From the IMG/VR virus record IMGVR_UViG_3300025902_000021: DNA of 20,000 bases; one strand, written 5' to 3'. The position numbers and the translations under genes were made by a program. A model generated the notes under the pieces. It was not told where the DNA came from and ran no database searches. It worked only from the letters and a program-made list of their open reading frames with translations. The DNA is from an uncultured virus (IMG/VR IMGVR_UViG_3300025902_000021). Its lineage: Duplodnaviria; Heunggongvirae; Uroviricota; Caudoviricetes. This document shows positions 16,959 to 20,000 of the stretch, one piece after another (the stretch's first letter is position 1; each line of letters starts with the position of its first letter).

Positions 16959-17126
16959 ATGGAACAACGCCCGAACGTGCAGATCACGACAAGGATTGAA
17001 CCCGAACTGGCCGACCGGCTGATGGCAATCGCTGACGCCGAACGGCGCAGTCTGAGCAACCTGCTGGTGCTCGCCGTTGAGAACTACGTCAAGGATTACG
17101 AAGCCCGTCTGACCAACGGAGGCTGA
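16959..17126 (+). CDS. Ribbon-helix-helix (Arc/CopG-like) regulator, 55 aa, not in the ORF track
   Basis: AAGGAG RBS; MEQRPNVQITTRIEPELADRLMAIADAERRSLSNLLVLAVENYVKDYEARLTNGG*. Confidence 0.85.
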   Translation: MEQRPNVQITTRIEPELADRLMAIADAERRSLSNLLVLAVENYVKDYEARLTNGG

Positions 17127-17127
17127 A

Positions 17128-19590
17128 ATGATCGCCTCTTACATCCAGCATGGCTGGAAGCTGTGTCATGTACCCGAAGGAACCAAGGGGCCACAACAGG
17201 CAGGATGGAACAAACCCGAGAACGCACTGACCGAAGCCCCGCAACATGGTGGTGTCGGCCTGATGCACAGTTATTCCGGCACCTGTGCGCTCGATATTGA
17301 CGACTATGATGCGGCGACCGTCTGGTTGAAGGAACGCGGCATCAACCTTCATGCGTTGTTCGCCGCCGCTGATGCCGTCGCTATCGATTCCGGCAATCCT
17401 GGGCATGGCAAACTGTTGTTCCTGTCGCCCGTGCCGCTACCGACCAAGAAGATCGTCGTCGACGGCAAAAACATTCTTGAGTTCCGCTGTGCCAGTGTGT
17501 CGGGATCATCAATGCAGGATGTCCTGCCGCCATCCAGGCATCCCTCCGGCACCACCTACCAATGGACAGGTGCAGGCAACTGGCAACAGTTACCCGAGTT
17601 GCCCAACGAACTCCTTCTCGTCTGGAATGATCTGCTCGCCAAGGACGCCGAGCGCAACATCAAGACCGAGGCGAACGCTGCCCCGACGAGCATTGACGAG
17701 ATGCGCTCCGCGCTGTTCGCAATCAACCCGAACTGTGACCGCAAGCCGTGGATCGAGTGCGGCATGGCCTTGGCCTCCGTGCAGACCGAAGACCCTAACC
17801 AACTGTTCAACCTGTGGGACGAGTGGAGCCAAGGCTCGCCGTCCAAGTATCCAGGGCGTGCCGAGATGCGTTCCCAGTGGAAGTCGTTCAAGCCGCTGCC
17901 GAACGGCATCGGGATCGGCACGCTGTTTTTCCACGCCGCGCTCTGCCAGTGGCGGCGTCCCGCGCCCGACGTGTCCCAACTGTTCGCGCCCATCGAGGAT
18001 GAAGTGCGGTCGGCGGAAGAAGTCGTCGGCGACCTGTCGTTGAAGGCCCGCTTGCCAACCAATGACCCTTCATTGTGGCCCGCAATTCTGGTGGCCCGCG
18101 CCAATGAGCTTGCTGTCGAGGTCGGTGCCGACCCGATTGTCTCGCTGATGGCAGGGCTGTCGGCAGTCTCCGGTGCCGCGCACAAACAGTCGGTGCTGAA
18201 AATCAATCCTTCATGGAAGGTGCCGCCGACCATCTGGACAATGACCATCGGCCAGCCAGCCGACAAGAAGACACCGGCCAGCAAGCCGCTGTTCGCGCCG
18301 CTGCGCAAGCTGGAGTCGGAAGACCGTCGCCGGTACGAGGAGGAGATGCTGCTCTGGATCGGCAAGGAGGCACGGCACGCAGCCGACATGAAGGCATTCC
18401 GCGACTGGCAACAGTCGCCGGAGGCGCACATGCCCAACGCTGTCCCGCCGACTGTGATGGGACTGCCGCCGAAGCCCGAGCCGCTGCGCCTGGTGCTGAC
18501 GGATGCGACGACGCAGAAGGTGGTGTCCATGGCCGAGCATCGTCCGAGGGGATTCCTGCTCCATCTGGACGAGATGGCGCGCTGGCTGACCAAGCTGAAC
18601 GACACGCGCAACAGCGATGATCGTGGCTGCTGGATTCAGGGATTCGAAACCGGCCCGTATTCGATGGATCGGATGGGCATTGGGTCGATCCGCGTAGAGA
18701 ACATGGCACTGTCGATGTACGGCAACTGCCAACCGGCTGTCTTTCGCCAGAATCTGCAAGCCTCATCGACGGACGGCATCATCCAGCGTTTCATGCCGGT
18801 CGTGCTGAACCCGATCCACAACAAGATGTGGCAGGAGGCAGTACCGTCCTTCATGTCGAGCGAAAACAGTTATGAACAGTTGATCCGCAGGGTCTATGCC
18901 GCGCCAGCGTTCGAGTACGTTTTATCCCCAGGGGCGATGAACGTGTTCCGTTCCTTCTGTGAGTGGGCGTTGAAGTTCCGTGCCAATTCGCGAATCCTTG
19001 ACGAGTCGATCCCTTACCAGACGGCTCTGGGCAAGATGGAAGGCAACTGTTCCCGCGTCATGCTGCTGTTCCACATGATCGAGTCGCCCTACGACCTGGA
19101 GATCAGCGAGGACGTGGCCTTCCGCGTGACCCAACTGTTCAAGACCTTCTTCATCCCGTCGATGCGCTACACCTACCTTGAGGTCGGCAAGCAGCAGGAC
19201 CAGACGGCTGACATCGTTTTCAACACGGTGCTGCAGTGGGCGTCGAGCAAGGCAACAGTCACGTTGAGCGAGTTGCGCGTCGAGGTGAAGGACAAGTCGG
19301 ACCGCAAGGACGTTCTGCCCTCCCAACTGGACATGATGATTCGCGCGACGATGGACGAGATGGCAACAATGAACTACGTGGCTCTGTTTCAGGACCATCC
19401 ACGCTATCCGTCATGGACGATCAATCCGGCGATGGCTGACCTGTTCGCCGAGAAGCGGCGGCAGATCATTCTGGCGCGGCAGGAATCAATCGACCGGCTG
19501 AAGTCGAACCTGAAGAAAGACCGTCCGAACGCCAAGGGCTGCGGAAACGCAATCGGGTTCGATGATTCAATGCGGGAACAGAATCAATGA
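17128..19590 (+). CDS. Primase-helicase: Prim-Pol N-terminus + PriCT-2 + DUF3987-like domain
   Basis: CALDIDD, GHGKLLF, VLPPSRHPSGTTYQW; WIECGMAL...WDEWSQGSPSKY; GQPADKKTP, DATTQK, LDEM and DGIIQRF. Confidence 0.88.
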   Translation: MIASYIQHGWKLCHVPEGTKGPQQAGWNKPENALTEAPQHGGVGLMHSYSGTCALDIDDYDAATVWLKERGINLHALFAAADAVAIDSGNPGHGKLLFLSPVPLPTKKIVVDGKNILEFRCASVSGSSMQDVLPPSRHPSGTTYQWTGAGNWQQLPELPNELLLVWNDLLAKDAERNIKTEANAAPTSIDEMRSALFAINPNCDRKPWIECGMALASVQTEDPNQLFNLWDEWSQGSPSKYPGRAEMRSQWKSFKPLPNGIGIGTLFFHAALCQWRRPAPDVSQLFAPIEDEVRSAEEVVGDLSLKARLPTNDPSLWPAILVARANELAVEVGADPIVSLMAGLSAVSGAAHKQSVLKINPSWKVPPTIWTMTIGQPADKKTPASKPLFAPLRKLESEDRRRYEEEMLLWIGKEARHAADMKAFRDWQQSPEAHMPNAVPPTVMGLPPKPEPLRLVLTDATTQKVVSMAEHRPRGFLLHLDEMARWLTKLNDTRNSDDRGCWIQGFETGPYSMDRMGIGSIRVENMALSMYGNCQPAVFRQNLQASSTDGIIQRFMPVVLNPIHNKMWQEAVPSFMSSENSYEQLIRRVYAAPAFEYVLSPGAMNVFRSFCEWALKFRANSRILDESIPYQTALGKMEGNCSRVMLLFHMIESPYDLEISEDVAFRVTQLFKTFFIPSMRYTYLEVGKQQDQTADIVFNTVLQWASSKATVTLSELRVEVKDKSDRKDVLPSQLDMMIRATMDEMATMNYVALFQDHPRYPSWTINPAMADLFAEKRRQIILARQESIDRLKSNLKKDRPNAKGCGNAIGFDDSMREQNQ

Positions 19591-19591
19591 A

Positions 19592-19715
19592 CCTTCAACT
19601 TGGAAAATTTTTGGAATCACTTGTCCTTCATTGTGAAAATTTTTGGAATCACTTGGCCTTCATTGTGAAAATTTTTTGGAATCACCCGGCCTTCAACCCG
19701 GAAAATTTTTGAAAC
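19592..19715. repeat. Four tandem 32-33-bp AT-rich repeats (candidate replication-origin iterons)
   Basis: Units start at 19592, 19625, 19657 and 19690 with consensus CCTTCA-n(4-5)-GAAAATTTTTGGAATCAC; the last unit is partial. Confidence 0.85.
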
Positions 19716-19762
19716 TTGCCCGGCACGCACCCGGACCCGGCCAGGACCAGGCCAGGCTCCAG

Positions 19763-19825
19763 GTTAGTGAGTGCTCACTAACTGTTGATGGACAACAGTT
19801 AGTGAGTGCTCACTAACTGTTGATG
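19763..19825. promoter_or_regulatory. Two tandem palindromic protein-binding sites GTTAGTGAGTGCTCACTAAC (SlmA-site-like)
   Basis: 28-bp direct repeat at 19763 and 19798. Each copy is palindromic, with 9-bp arms in the first and 14-bp arms in the second (19793-19822). Confidence 0.7.
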
Positions 19826-19851
19826 CGCCCTGGTCGCCGGGTAACACGCTG

Positions 19852-19951
19852 CCCGACCACCCGATCGGCGACCACCCGACCACCCGATCGGCGACCACCC
19901 GACCACCCGATCGGCGACCACCCGACCACCCGACCACCCGACCAGCGACCA
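19852..19951. repeat. C-rich tandem repeat: 3 x 23 bp plus 8-bp units
   Basis: CCCGACCACCCGATCGGCGACCA at 19852, 19875 and 19898, then CCCGACCA x3 and GCGACCA. Confidence 0.9.
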
Positions 19952-20000
19952 GCAAAACCGCGCGCAACAGTTACAGGGTAGGGCGTACCATAGGCAACAG

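Noticed and set aside
17556..19398. Minus-strand ORFs inside the primase gene
   Set aside because: Shadow ORFs with no recognisable features.
19763..19822. Symmetric lac operator or vector contamination
   Set aside because: The core resembles GTGAGCGCTCAC, but the flanks are GTTA/TAAC rather than AATT and no vector sequence is adjacent.
19592..19951. CRISPR array interpretation of the repeats
   Set aside because: The units are head-to-tail with no unique spacers, and there is no cas operon.
19764..19967. 67-aa minus-strand ORF
   Set aside because: Low-complexity translation of the tandem repeats.

Overview
The window is a 20-kb segment of a tailed dsDNA phage or prophage, probably podovirus-like and probably infecting a Betaproteobacterium. 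No integrase or host gene is visible. + strand, 1-6495: two internal virion (ejection) proteins, one with a lytic transglycosylase domain, then a tail fibre with a collar domain and a cluster of small exported proteins. - strand, 6404-16825: small accessory genes (including an RsaL-like HTH), SNF2 helicase, VRR-NUC, a family B DNA polymerase, DUF2815 SSB, DUF2800 nuclease, an RHH regulator and a DGQHR/ParB-like + PAPS-reductase-family gene pair. + strand, 16959-19590: a second RHH regulator and a Prim-Pol/PriCT-2/DUF3987 primase-helicase. A highly structured non-coding region follows, with ~33-bp iteron-like repeats, a CCAGG cluster, two tandem palindromes resembling SlmA-binding sites and C-rich tandem repeats. 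The two best leads are the tandem SlmA-site-like palindromes beside the putative origin and the DGQHR + PAPS-reductase cassette inserted between two divergent RHH genes. All family assignments come from motif recognition; no database searches were run.
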